DNA of 59,864 bases, the filler included, from Sphacelaria rigidula (Eukaryota), in the NCBI GenBank assembly GCA_964200075.2. It is 9 parts of 9 records of this genome, joined end to end, with 100 filler letters (N's around TTAATTAATTAA, not from the genome) between each part and the next. Parts side by side here need not be neighbours in the genome. Positions count along the whole stretch, not along the records: positions 33,316 to 39,878 come from CAXNAA020019331.1; positions 39,979 to 46,540 come from CAXNAA020019332.1; 7 more parts are not named here. The stretch is one strand, 5' to 3'. The notes beneath the pieces are model-generated. The model saw only the letters and a list, made by a program, of their open reading frames with translations. It was not told the origin of the DNA and did no database searches. A program made the position numbers and the translations under genes. This document shows, one piece after another, positions 34,001 through 46,640 of the stretch (position 1 is its first letter; each line of letters opens with the position of its first letter).

Positions 34001-35130
34001 CTGACTCCGCGGTTGCATATTTTTGTTTTTGGACCAACGAATTCGAGACTCTTCTTCAATCCTTTTGGAACCCTCCCCTCTTGTCTGTCCCTGGGCCAAA
34101 CGCCTCATTATAAGAAGCCCTGACGAAGAGGAAAAGATGAAGGCAGAAAAGGTCGACGGCAACCATTTCATTATGGAAGAGACCGAAGGAAAATCCAGAA
34201 GCATACGCGGCGGGTGCAGGAAAAATGTCACACCCTAGACTGTAGATTATATTGTCAAAAAATGTACTGCGTACAATATGGAATCCATTGTCTATTGCAA
34301 TAGGCGTGATAGTCGATACTCTACGCAGTACACACTTCTTGACTGTGAATTCTATTGTCCACGGTATGAAAAATGTCCTTCCTGGAGAGGTCAGGTGGGG
34401 TTTATCGAATCATACCACGCAACCCACGGATGAAGTGTGTCCAATTGTATCCATCGACGATACTCAACAAAAACACTGTGAAACATTCCATTTAAAAAAA
34501 AACAGCAATGGGCTCCAGGGTCTGATACGGCATATCGGTAAATAGGAAAAACCTTCTTTTGTTCCACTTGTCACTCGTACGGGTCTGAAATACGCATTGC
34601 GTGAATGTTGTTGCGTCTGAGCTTCAAACCATCAACCATATCTTGCTCAAACACCGTCAATTGCAAATGATCAATTTTCCATTGTGAGTTCCAGAAGGGG
34701 TAATTAGGTATGTCAGACAGATCATCTCTCCGACGCGTGAAACCATTGGGGACCGGACTTGACATTCTATCTGATAGCCCCCCCAAAACCAGTCGAAAAC
34801 TGCCACGAAGAAAATGGTCATACAGCGCCTGAGGTTTGGTTTCGAGCTGTGCATGAAGCGCCTCATATGGGCGACATCGGCAAAAAGGAACCCAAGCGTG
34901 GGAATTCCCAGCTGCTCGTTGTGCTCCGCTTTTTCATTCCGATTTATGGGTGGATTTTGTCTCCCCAAACCAGCCATTTTTCGGGAGGGAGGAGGAGGGG
35001 GGGGGGGGGGGGGGGCCATCGTAAAAAATGTTACTTCCAGAAACAGGGTCCTTGCANNNNNNNNNNTTGGTTCTTTTTTTCCGTTTTTTTTTTTTTGTGT
35101 GTGGGGGGTTTTTTGTCCGAGCAACCGGGT

Positions 35131-35178
<48 letters not shown>

Positions 35179-35890
35179 ATCGTAAAAAATGTTACTTCCA
35201 GAAACATGGTCCTTGCACGCAGAGGCCTTTTTGTGAATCGGCATCATTTTTACTTGAAAACGACTGAAAACGATACCGATTTACGAAAAGGTCCCTGCGT
35301 GTAAACACCATGATTCTGGGAGTCTAGTCGCAAAAGGGTGAAGTGATCCTCGAGAAAGCCAGGCGTGGTCATCATATACAAGATAGACGTTCTCAAGGTA
35401 TACGAAACGCAAACACTCTCTGAAGGAAACTGCAGTGAACAGCAGGGTAAAAGAGACAAAGTAGAGTACACTGAGAAAAAAACAAACAAACAGGGGTATA
35501 CGGAGATACATGGTGATAGCTTTCCGGGCTGTGAGCAACAGCAACAATACGAGCACATAACAAAATAATGCGCTTCGACGAGACAAAAGTACCCATGCTT
35601 GACTTTTCTAGATCGATCTCATGTCTCGGTTTTTTGAGCTGTCGATTTGCCATATCCGTTTTTATATCCGTGGGTCCCCCATGTCGAACTGACAACACAA
35701 CATGTATGCATACTTTAGTTCGAAAAAATATTTCTACATGTAGTCTACAGAATGCAGACTGCACACCGCATACATAAGTCGGCTTCAGGAAGCTGAGACA
35801 TTTGTGGATGGGGAGTTAATTCAGCCTGTTGAGCTACTTCGGGATAATTCACACGTCAGCTCATGAGCTATCAACCTACTACTTATCAGA

Positions 35891-36199
35891 GTCCCAGTGG
35901 TGTAATGGTCCGCCTGTCGCCGTCAGGATGGAGAGAATGAGGGTTTGATTCCCGATGCGTTGGGTTTTTTCTTCGTAATGTCTGATTTCCACCGTGGAAA
36001 GCATGAGAACGTGAGTAAACAAAATCGTTGACTGAGTTTGTTCGACGTGAGTTGACACGGTGCGGGAGTGCTGATAGTCATTACCCAGCCCGCGAGACCA
36101 AAATGCAAGACGTGTACCGGGGAAAGGTGAGATGATCCCTTGAGACCACGGATTCATCCCGAGGAAGAGGAGGGGTTTAAAGTGCGACAAGAAAAAAAT
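35891..36199 (+). mobile_element. SINE family 2 copy in an RRF intron
   Basis: gtggtgtaatggtcc...gggtttgattcccgatgcgttggg...aaagtgcgacaagaaaaaaa, colinear with the 27720-28070 copy. Confidence 0.8.
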
Positions 36200-36640
36200 G
36201 TACTGATCCGGATTATGAACTAGCTCATTTCATCCCCTTTTCCCACATTTTCTCCCTACAGCGCTGGACGCCGAGCACGCGGAGCAGCACAGAGGTGGCG
36301 CTTTGGTTTCTCGGACCCGCTGTCACGTGTTTTGGGTTCTTGGTGAACGGATCTGACATTCTTCGAAAAAATCTGTGTTGGCCTTACTCTTGTGTGACCC
36401 CGGCTGGTGTGCCCTCATGTACCAAAAGGTGTAGACCGCCGTCCAGAACAGATGGGACAGCACAACTCTCACGTACAGACGTGCAGCAACGCATCATCGA
36501 AGCTGTGCAAGTTTCGGCATACGATACGTACAAACGCGCAGCATGCTCATCGCCATCATCGTATCGTACCGTACGTGAGCTAGTGAAGAGGGTACAAGTG
36601 CTACTTGTCTGGGTTCCTCGCCTGCGGTACAGTACAGTAC

Positions 36641-36753
36641 CTTGCCCTGCCGGTCCGAATAGTCTCCAGATTGCCCTGCACATTATCGATGGTCTTATCC
36701 ATACGCTTTTCTGCATCCGACAGGGTTCCCTTCACATCAAATTCGTCCGCTGC
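36641..36753 (-). CDS. frr: Plastid ribosome recycling factor, exon 3
   Basis: gtgcag|AADEFDVKGTLSDAEKRMDKTIDNVQGNLETIRTGRA then AG|gtac; carries the conserved RRF RM.K....L..IRTGRA motif. Confidence 0.92.
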
Positions 36754-37139
36754 CTGCACAGACGAGAAAAAAAACAGAAAACTATAAAAAAAAAACGTCG
36801 AGAGCCTCGAAGGGGGCAAGGGGGACAGAGAAGGAAAATCCTGCCACCATCGTCAACTCTTTTCCCAAGCGAAAGTGATACTCGTTCAACATATGATCCA
36901 TCATGGCGAAAAGGTCAACCCCCGAGAAGCCACACATGGCGTCTATACGATGGATCGACACTATGTTCGCTTGATAAATGTGGGTACTACTACGCGAACC
37001 GGTCGACAATTTCCGTTGCTGAATATACTTGGTGTCTGTCAAACCTCAAAGCTGACCCCAACCCTGACCCTAAACCGAATATCCTTGGGCGAGGGTGGCG
37101 AACATGATGTTCAAGGCAAAGGGTGCGTTATATTCTTCC

Positions 37140-37502
37140 TTCGTCACGCTTGCAGCCTCTCCCCTTTTTCGGGACGAATCTGTGGTCTCATTGTCTAGAG
37201 GTCTAATGGTCTTAAGGTCTCAAGCGATTTACCCATTCCATCGCGGTACATGCCATGCAGTTTGGTCTCGCGGATTGGATCATGGATTATGAAACTCAGC
37301 ACTCCCGCGAGGCATCGATCCTCGTCCATCAAACTCAGTCGAGCAAACAATTTTGCTACTCAAGTCCTCAAGCTTCCAACGACGGAAATCAAATACTATA
37401 CTTCTCATAAAAAAACGCAAGTCCATCTGGCAAGAATCGAACCCGCGTTCTTTCCCATCTTGATGGTGTGAGTTGGATCATGACCACTACACGACCGCAG
37501 CG
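37140..37502 (-). mobile_element. Diverged SINE family 2 copy
   Basis: A box cgtgtagtgg and B box ggttcgattct on the minus strand; body blocks tctcgcggattggatcatg and cactcccgc shared with the other copies. Confidence 0.65.
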
Positions 37503-38203
37503 CGGCATCAGTTGAATGAGAGCTCAAGTCGGAGCCATGAGCGAAAACGTGTCCTACGCAAGCTGCGCGAGTCAGCGCCCAAAATATCTGAATGGCATAG
37601 TCTACAGTATTTCCTTAGCCATGGATTTTGTCCACCAGTTTACCTTCTACTCTTCTGGATAAAAGGGATCACCACCTTCGGTTATGAAGTTACCAATTTG
37701 TGCCTATATCTTCTCGCCGCAGACATCTCTCACAACTTCGCTTTCATGCATCAGTAGCTCCTTGATAAAAATCCCATGCACACGTCATATTCAACGAGTT
37801 GATTGCGCCATCATATCACCATCCCGTTGCGAAAGGTGGCCTCGGCCAATATCTTGGTATTGCCAAGGCGATGCTAGGAAGACGCAAGAGCATGTGCAGA
37901 ATACGTCATGCAAGAACCGCACCTCTCCACGCATTGGCACAATCCCTTCGCGCGCTCTATATACAGCAGCTGTGCACATGTCGAATGATACCACTGTAGA
38001 CCACAAGTGGCAGGGGGGTTCGATGTTGGATCATGACGTTGGTCATTCTGATGGAGGGAATGGGCCTCTTTTTTTGCGCAATTGATTTTTCAATGTAGGT
38101 ATCACTTACAGTAGTTCATCTCGGGGTCTTCGTTTGGGATATCAAGACGTTATCATTACGAACAGGTTGTCTTCCTTAGGTACAGTAAAAGCGACGTCCT
38201 CAC

Positions 38204-38290
38204 CATCATGAGCCTGGAACATGTTCTGCCCCGCACGTGCCCGATGCTTGCCGAAGACGTGGCCGAGGCATGTGTGGAGAAATGGCGGGA
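38204..38290 (-). CDS. frr: Plastid ribosome recycling factor, exon 2 (transit peptide)
   Basis: tgacag|SRHFSTHASATSSASIGHVRGRTCSRLMM|gtgagg; 87 nt, phase 0 to 0; S/T/R-rich with no acidic residues. Confidence 0.8.
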
Positions 38291-39402
38291 CTGTCAATTT
38301 TTTAACCGGATGCATACGCGAAGGACGTGACGGGCATGCGTGTGAGAGGAGCGGAGATGAAGCTGTGGGCAAACAGCAATGAAAAAAACGTTTTCCTTCA
38401 ACACACACGCGTCGTAATCTACCGCGTTTAGGGATGCTGTACGTACCCACTTCATCCTCCTCCCCTCCCGCCTTTCAAGACACGTGAAAATTCGAAATCG
38501 GGACCTGGCGGTGACCAAGTAATTAGGAGGCAGATCCCTCGCGTCGCTGGGTACGGAACGGATATGCATCCTCGATACACACCTGCCACATTTCCCCACT
38601 CTAGTCTTCACAATAAGTAAGCTACTGTGCCTGATTATGGACAGGGTGGTAACTACCGTATGTGTCATCGATTACAAGATGCCCGTGCTGTGAAAAAACT
38701 GTTCCGAAACTTGTCAAAATGTCGCCAGCTGAGAAGCGGACACCCGTCATTAGCAGCTCTATACACCCGTGCTCTGTACTGTACTATACCTTAGCGGTTG
38801 CGCTTACCGCACGGTAACGTACTGTTACTCTACTGCTTCGTTGGGTGCTTCATCTATGTTTGGTGATTCATGCAATGTTCACGAACCGTAGAGTTACTTT
38901 GGATTGATGAGAGGCGCCACCACCCGTACATCTACAGACGGCACCACGGCAATTGAAACGTGATCATGACATGTACGACTTGGGGGTTGATCTCAATAGT
39001 TTTGAAAAGTGCCACAAAGGGTGATAGGCACACAAGGCAAGGGCTGCAGCAGACGTTTAGATCCCATAAACGCGTCCTTGCGTTTGAGGCATCGTCAAGG
39101 TCTGTCCCGAGTCTGAAAGTTCATGTGCGCACGACCTAGCATGTTGTCGGGTGTGACCGTAATGCGGTGTACTTATATGCTGTACTTGGGTATTGATCTG
39201 AGATAGAAGGCTTCAGGGCACTTAATGCCAGTGATCAACAAAACGTCTGATCAGAGGAGCGTCGCAGCGCTGCAGAGCAGCGCTACATGAGCATACATGG
39301 ATGAACTGTACCGCCCTGTCTCGTCAAGGCATGTTCATGAAACCGCTTACTGACTGTACGATGTTGCCATAGTTTGCCTATCCAAAACGTTTTCAGTCTC
39401 AC

Positions 39403-39498
39403 CGTTGCACCTAAAGACGGCGCAAAGACGAATCCCGAGGCTGACGAGCAGAAGGCTACCGCCACTACGGCCGACGTCACGAATACTGCTGCCTTCAT
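39403..39498 (-). CDS. frr: Plastid ribosome recycling factor, exon 1 (signal peptide with ASAFAP-like cleavage motif)
   Basis: MKAAVFVTSAVVAVAFCSSASG-FVFAPSLGAT|gtgaga; 96 nt, phase 0. Confidence 0.82.
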
Positions 39499-39807
39499 CT
39501 TCTTATCTGCCTGTGACCGCCTATCTATCGGTGGGATCGTGATCAAGATGTTTTACTTTTGAACATATGTTTCATCCAGGTTCGTCAGACCCGCGGTGCT
39601 ATCGTCTCCAGACTTCAGACTGCACTACAGTACTGATTAGTGGCACATTGATTGCTGTGGCACATTGAATGATCTGCTACAAAACTAATAGCCGTGGCCA
39701 TGATATAGACATGCCCATAGTAAACAAATGGAACACTTGGTAAGGAAGCTCGAGACTGGGGAGGAGTATCATGATCGAAAAAAAAATGAAAACCAGCAGG
39801 ACACAGA

Positions 39808-39878
39808 TATTATTATGATTATTATGATTATTATGATTATGATTATGATTATGATTATGATTATTATGATTATGATTA
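39808..39878 (+). repeat. (ATGATT)n/(ATT)n microsatellite
   Basis: Seen directly; runs to the fragment end. Confidence 0.95.
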
Positions 39879-42800
39879 NNNNNNNNNNNNNNNNNNNNNN
39901 NNNNNNNNNNNNNNNNNNNNNNTTAATTAATTAANNNNNNNNNNNNNNNNNNNNNNNNNNNNNNNNNNNNNNNNNNNNAGAGTAGGGCGGGGAAATCTAC
40001 CCCTGATGGATGAATGACACTCTGGAACACCCCGGCATGCTGCTGGCGGCTCACTCCCCCCCCCCCCCGTCGCTCCCACATGTTCGTGCTGAGTATCATG
40101 ATGACACCCCCCTCTGCCTTCTGCCATGCGGTACTGAAGGTGAATTTGGTGATGATCTTCGTCACCACAGCGATGCGTCCGCAGCTCTCGATTCGAACCG
40201 TTCTGAACGGCTCGGAGCGAAAGTTAAAACCAGCACCCAGGGTGAACAGCAATTACTAGTTCTAGGAGCAAACAGCCTAGGCTTTTCCGGAGAGGCAGCC
40301 CATGCGCCCGACACACGTTACCGTCTGATGAATCTAACGATCCCATCACCTGTCCGTTCTGGACTGCTGGCGACACCGACTCTTGCACAAAAGCAAACAT
40401 CCTGGGTATAACGAATCCAATGAATACACCACCACGACGAACACAGTCACGAGAAAAACAGTCGGCATATATGTCCATATGTCCAAGGAGATCTCACAAA
40501 GGCCACCATTCAGAGGTGTGCACTGTAATTACTTCCCCTATACGCCAAAGCGTACTATACCATGCCATGGTTGAGGTTGGAGCAAGGTCGGCAGCAGCGC
40601 AACTCAGAGCGATTTCCGAAAAGCCCTCGGAATTTCTCTCACCTGACCCCCACAGAACACTTGATGTCCCTTCATTTTCGCTTGTCGCTACCCAGAGATA
40701 TCAGTCACGTTAGGCTCGCTGTCTGCTGGGTCCCGAAATACTAGTTGGAATTTCAGCCAAATGAAGCTTGAATATACAGTATTCTTGTTCTTAGCACCGA
40801 TACGTGTTGGGGCACAAAAAACGAACGACTAATTGACGTGCTTCTGACATAATTCTACGGTGAGTTCAAGTGCACCGTCCCACTTACATAAGCTCTCATG
40901 CCCAGCAAGTGCTTGAAACAGATCTGACAACACCGACGACGCAGTTCGGTAGTGATCCAACATTACAACCAGATCTTGTCGGTCTGCTCAACAGAATGCC
41001 CAACAGTCTCCGCCGTCCGCACACGAGCAGCACCCACCAACAGCACGCCATACCCCGCCCTCGTCGAGACCACGCCATGTTCACCGCGACTACCCTGTGT
41101 CACTCGCCATCGGCTGCGCGAACAAGGGGAAGAACGAACATCAGGACAGGCCCTCAGCTTCTGAACCGATGAGGACAGACTTCCTTTCCACATCGGGAAT
41201 CATCTTGGCTACATGGTACAACCACTTGTGATGCAAAAGGCACTGGTCTAGTATCTTTAGATTTACCGTCATATGTGTACGAGATGTGGAGTCTGTGGCA
41301 GCCCCTGCGGCATTTCTACCGACAGCTTTTTTCGCTCAGTCGTCAGAGTCACTCAACGAACTACAAGCAGAAAATACTTCGCAGCGGGAGTCAGGCGTGC
41401 TTTCGACTGGGGGATCAAAGATAATAAAAGCGGTTACTCTCGCGTGGGGAGATGTGCGTTGGGTCACTTTTCACTTTCTCGCTGCCTGTCGCATGTTCTG
41501 AAGCGTCGTCGAGACAGCTCCAACCGTTTAAAGGGTCAACACTACAGCCTCATTTCCTCCACCCTTGTTCGGCAGACACATGGAGAAAATAGGCCACATT
41601 GACACAGGCGTCAGTCACACTGTCTAATCTACCGGTGAAGAACACAGTTGGCTTCAACGGGTGTCCAATCACCTGATGGTTCTGCGTGTAGCTGCAGCAG
41701 CCGAGTATCGCCCATTTTCGAGCTTCGACCGACCACATAGCATTCAGACGACTAAGGGTTTGGACAAACTGTAGAGAACAAGAGACAAAAGGATTCTAAG
41801 CTTCCGGACAGAGTGGCTCTCAAATTAACATGCGTCCTGAGAAAAATAGCAATCGCTAACACCCTGTTCCGGGATGTTCGTTTCATTGGTTGCCGGTACG
41901 TGCTTTTGGAACGCACGACGAACGACTTCGGATATTTTAGTCGCAACCCTCAGATTTCCAGCGATACTAGTTATGTCTACTTTTCATTTGTATCCCACCC
42001 GTCCACCTAACGTTCGAACTCCAAATATGTGACGCACCAACGAAAGTAACGGAGCCGTATTACTGTTCCAAAATATGTGGTCCCGAACGTTTCGTACCAG
42101 TACCACCCTATGGTACATGGTACCGCAGAAGGGAATTAATTTCACTTCATATTTCACCGGAATGCGTTGACCGTTTCACCTCCGATAGCCCGTCGAGGAT
42201 CATCAACCATCAAGGACAGCGAAACAACGGAGACACTTCAACCCAAAGAGAAGTTTTGTACATGCACCTCAACTAATAGGGCCCAAGAGAGCCGTTCGCT
42301 TTGCTCCAAGAGTTGTGCTCGAGAATAATGTAATGATTTACAAATCATGACACCAGCGAGGGAAGACAATTTGTTTCCTCCCAGGTCGTGAGAGCCTGGT
42401 CCGGCGAAAACCCGGCGTGTTCCGTCCTGACTTTGTAGAGATGCAAGGTCAACAGCCATGTGACCACGGCATGCAAGATCATGAGTACACCCCTCCCTAA
42501 GGTGCATTTTCTGGTCAAAACCAAAGGTTGTTCGAAGAGACTGCCGCGTCCACACCACCGAAATTTGTCTCGCTCAATTGATATCTCGACGACAAGCGGA
42601 GATTGCGGTAGTGCACGATCTTGTCGGTGGGGGACATCGACAGCGAAAATTGCGCCACCCGGCGGTGCTACATTGCGTCGCGTAGTAACGTACGATGGTA
42701 ACCTGGAGGCTTAGGGCCTTCTGTCCACAAATACCGCATACGGCCCATTACCGGCGACTCAAGAACTACGGCGATACAATCGAGCACTGATCGATCCACT

Positions 42801-45800
42801 AGAATGCGTACAATGCATACCCAAAATGAAGAAACCACAGTGTCACAATGGAACCGTCGCCCAAATCAAGAGAAACGCGGCCAAGGCGAGAGCGTGACGA
42901 AACAGCAATTCCCTCAGGCGCCAAGCTATGGAAACATACACACATCGGGGAGATGAGAACAACAACCAATCAAAATAAAAAGAATCGCCAGGACAAACGG
43001 CAACAAACGGAAGCACAACAAGCTGAATCAACAAACATCGTGACAAGGGAAGAAGAAAATAAAACAGCAACTAACGCAACCCTATCTTCCGTACAACAAA
43101 AACGAAAACCTGAACAAACTCAGTCACCTCCTCGACATAGCCCTCCACCGCCGCCGCAGTGATTGCCGAGCAAAAGCGTCCCGCCGCTCCGAGCGTGGCG
43201 GCCCGGGTAATGGTCCGCCAGACGCCTGCCACAGACTTCGCCAGTGAACACGTAGCAGTTTGGCGCTGACTGCATGATTTTGCCTCTTGTCAGGACTCGT
43301 GCGGAATTGATCTCCTGCATTTGGTCTGATGTCGAGGGAGGAAGGGAAGGGGTCGGTATGCTGTAACACGTGACGAACGTCAACTTGACTTCGACCGAAA
43401 ATCAAGGTACCGTGCTTTCCTTCATATTCTGCACGGAGCGTTCGGACCTTACTACCTGGTTCGATATGCTCGGAGCAGTCCATTTCGATCCGACGCAGCA
43501 TGAAGGATATGTAAGTTTCGAGAAAAAGCAAGTACATGCTCAAGCCCTTCGGTGCCACAACAGTGAAGTGACATTCGGCTTTTCTCACCGTGCACCGAAA
43601 GCTGACTCTACAAAAACAATGTTTTGTCTTTAGACAGACACTGAACCACCCCGAGACAACGGTCGACTTGGAGCCTGTACTTTTAAGTAAGTATGTACTT
43701 CGGGAACGAAGGGGGAAATCCGACCGAACCCTCCGATTGACTGGCGGCTCTCACGCTGAGCTGTTCGATGTTGAGGTGCAATCGAACATACCCTTGACTC
43801 CCGTGATCTCAAGCAATTCGGAACTAGGGATACCGGCCGATTGGGGACTTTCGTCAAAGAGGGTTCCGCCACTCCCCCAAACCCTGGCCTGAGATTTTCA
43901 GGTCAAACATCGAAATGCCGATCTGGGGGGATACAGGTGAAGAAAAAAAAGTCACGGAGACGTTTCATGCAAGCGCGTGATACTCTGAAATATATTGCAT
44001 TTGGATTCACTCAAGGTGTCGGAAAGGTTTGAAGGCGGGAAAATATCGCGCCGCTCGTCATCATTTACGGCATGGATATGATAACGTGCGTACTTGGTGG
44101 CTGGAGCATTTCCAAGTGTTGTATGTAACTATTATACTTACGTAGGCACAAAGCGAAGGAATACCGCTGCATTGTGCCTCGAACATGTAGTTCATATCCC
44201 AGCATGGAGCAGTACGCCAAAACCACCATGGGGTCACGACGCTGGGGTCGTCCCGATATCAACACCAAGTGGATGTGTTCAATGCTGAGCGTTATCTCTC
44301 AAATTCTCGAATGGAGTTGGGGTGAACGGGCGACGTGCTTCTTCGTGGAACCAGCTTGTGCGGTATGTTGCGGTCAAGCGTAGATCGAAGCACGCACAAA
44401 GCAGATCTTTGCGTTCCCCAGCTCGGCTGCTGCTGGCTCCAGAATGACCGAACAAAGTGCTCACCTCTACGCATGTCGTTCATCATGGAAACGCCCTTGC
44501 TCTCACAGCCTTGTCTCCAAACTGTGGCCTGTATCCCCTGCCATGGCAACGCGTCTGCCTCATCCCCTCACTTCCTCGCCTCCTGGTTGCAAGCCATGCT
44601 TTCTGCCGGAGCCGCCGTAGCATGCAGTCGCCGGTGATTGTCGCCCCCCACCCCACCCCGCACCCTCTGCGCCCTGCCGTGCCCTGTACATCATTCTACC
44701 TCATTCTACCTCTCTGGCCCGTCAGCAATTCGCACAATACCCACACCTCGCCCGGCTAAAAAGCAACACATGCCCATGAACCTCGAGGAGAAGAACAAAA
44801 ACCCGACCACGTCTCCCTGTACCATTAGAACATGACCTGTCCCTTCCCGTACGACAAGAAATATACCCAAGTTGTTCATCTATGCCCGCGTTGTATTACG
44901 TGCCTCTCCTCCCATCTGCCGTGCCTCCGAGTCCGAGTCCTGCTTCGTTGATTTCTTCCGTTCGTTTTTCGCTCAAGCTTTTCCCCACCCGCCCGTCTCT
45001 CGCATGTTTCTAGTTTCTGCCTGTAGTCTCTACGGTCTGTTTCATCTTTTTGTTTCTTGTGTGCCAGCACTGTTTTTCCTCTTTTTATCTACCTACACCA
45101 TATCATACACCTATCTAAGACCAGGCAGGGCCTTTTGGCTGGCCATCGCATCCAGAGAGCTGTTCAGCCTGCAGGGTTACACAAGTCAGTCGATGAGACG
45201 CAAGCCCAACACAACAACGCCGGCAACGGACGCCACGAGATCAAAATATGTGCTAGCTCACAGAACGGCGCCGAATGCCGTCCAGCAGTAAGGCATCAAC
45301 CACGGTCGATTGACCTTTTCACAGGTTTTCCCTCCCACCTCGGGACAAACGCCTCATCATGTGAGGGTTCGGGAGAGACTCGCGGGGAAACGTCCGAGCT
45401 CAAACGACAGTTGGGTGCAGAGGAAAAATTGAGATATGCACACAAACATTCCCGGCACAAGTCAACTCCGCCGTCCGAAGGTAAACCTATTTCATCACTC
45501 GTCATTAGCCATTGTTCAAACAGACATTGAAAAGCACTCAGGTTCGAGCGATCCAGTCCCTTAGTACAACGCATCACATTGCCGTGTGAGCCTTAGCACC
45601 ACGACGAAGTCATACATCATATATCATATACCGTATATTATGGCACACAACATCAACTAGGAGTCTCTGCTATACACGACGCATGGGAGCAATGGGCAGT
45701 GACTCATCAAGTGCCCCTCTCTCCGCATTTGCGTCGCGCCACGAAAATACTCTGCTGTGCACACCGCAGTCTGTCATCACATGCACCGGTAAAAAACGCG

Positions 45801-46640
45801 TCTGCTCTGCTCTCCACACGCGCACTGTCACGAGCGAATTACACGGTCAGCCAGTCGTGGGTTTCTGAGTCGAGGCACTCTTGGTGTCTTGTGTCTTGGT
45901 CGATGTCACACGCAGGTTGTGTGGTTGCTTACGCATCGACCCTCGTTTGAAAAAGAGAAATACGAGGAGATGTAAATTTTAGTAGCAAGCAGTGTTGGCC
46001 TGTCCGAAACAAAATGCGAGCAGTTGATATTCTTTGCCCGACAGTCGTTTTTCTTCGATCTATTTCAAAACACGAAAGAGGTGGAGAACACGAGGCACCG
46101 CGCACCACGACTGCTTCAGCATAGCACCACTTGCGGGCTGTATATTTCCGGCCCCGACCACGGTGTGTGATGCTACTGCTGGGTCCTCGCCCGAAAGTAA
46201 ACGACCAGTGCACGGCCTGTATTGCTGTCTGCTGAGTCCATACTACCACACCCACGTACGTGAACAACTATCCCCCGAAATCATGGCCGCGGAGGACATA
46301 GCAGGTCCTGCTGCGCCTGAGCGGGTTCGAGGATTCGCATTCGGCCAAACGTGACATACGAAAAGATGGAGGAAGGTCGACCATGCCCGTGTAGCACTCA
46401 CCAAAGCCCCTCGAACAGTATCGAGTGCCTTCCACATCCAAACAGATGGCATGACAACAAAAGTGTGTTAGAAATATGCACAGACTGGCTGCTTGCATTG
46501 TGTGAGTTTTTACTCTGTAGCAAATTAGCGGGACAACTAGNNNNNNNNNNNNNNNNNNNNNNNNNNNNNNNNNNNNNNNNNNNNTTAATTAATTAANNNN
46601 NNNNNNNNNNNNNNNNNNNNNNNNNNNNNNNNNNNNNNNN

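Noticed and set aside
34985..35220. Poly-Gly/poly-Pro ORFs and a duplicated motif around the N10 gap
   Set aside because: G homopolymers with the same ~35 bp on both sides of an assembly gap; likely an assembly artefact.
37050..37080. Telomeric repeat
   Set aside because: Only 3-4 degenerate CCCTAA-like units, inside an intron.
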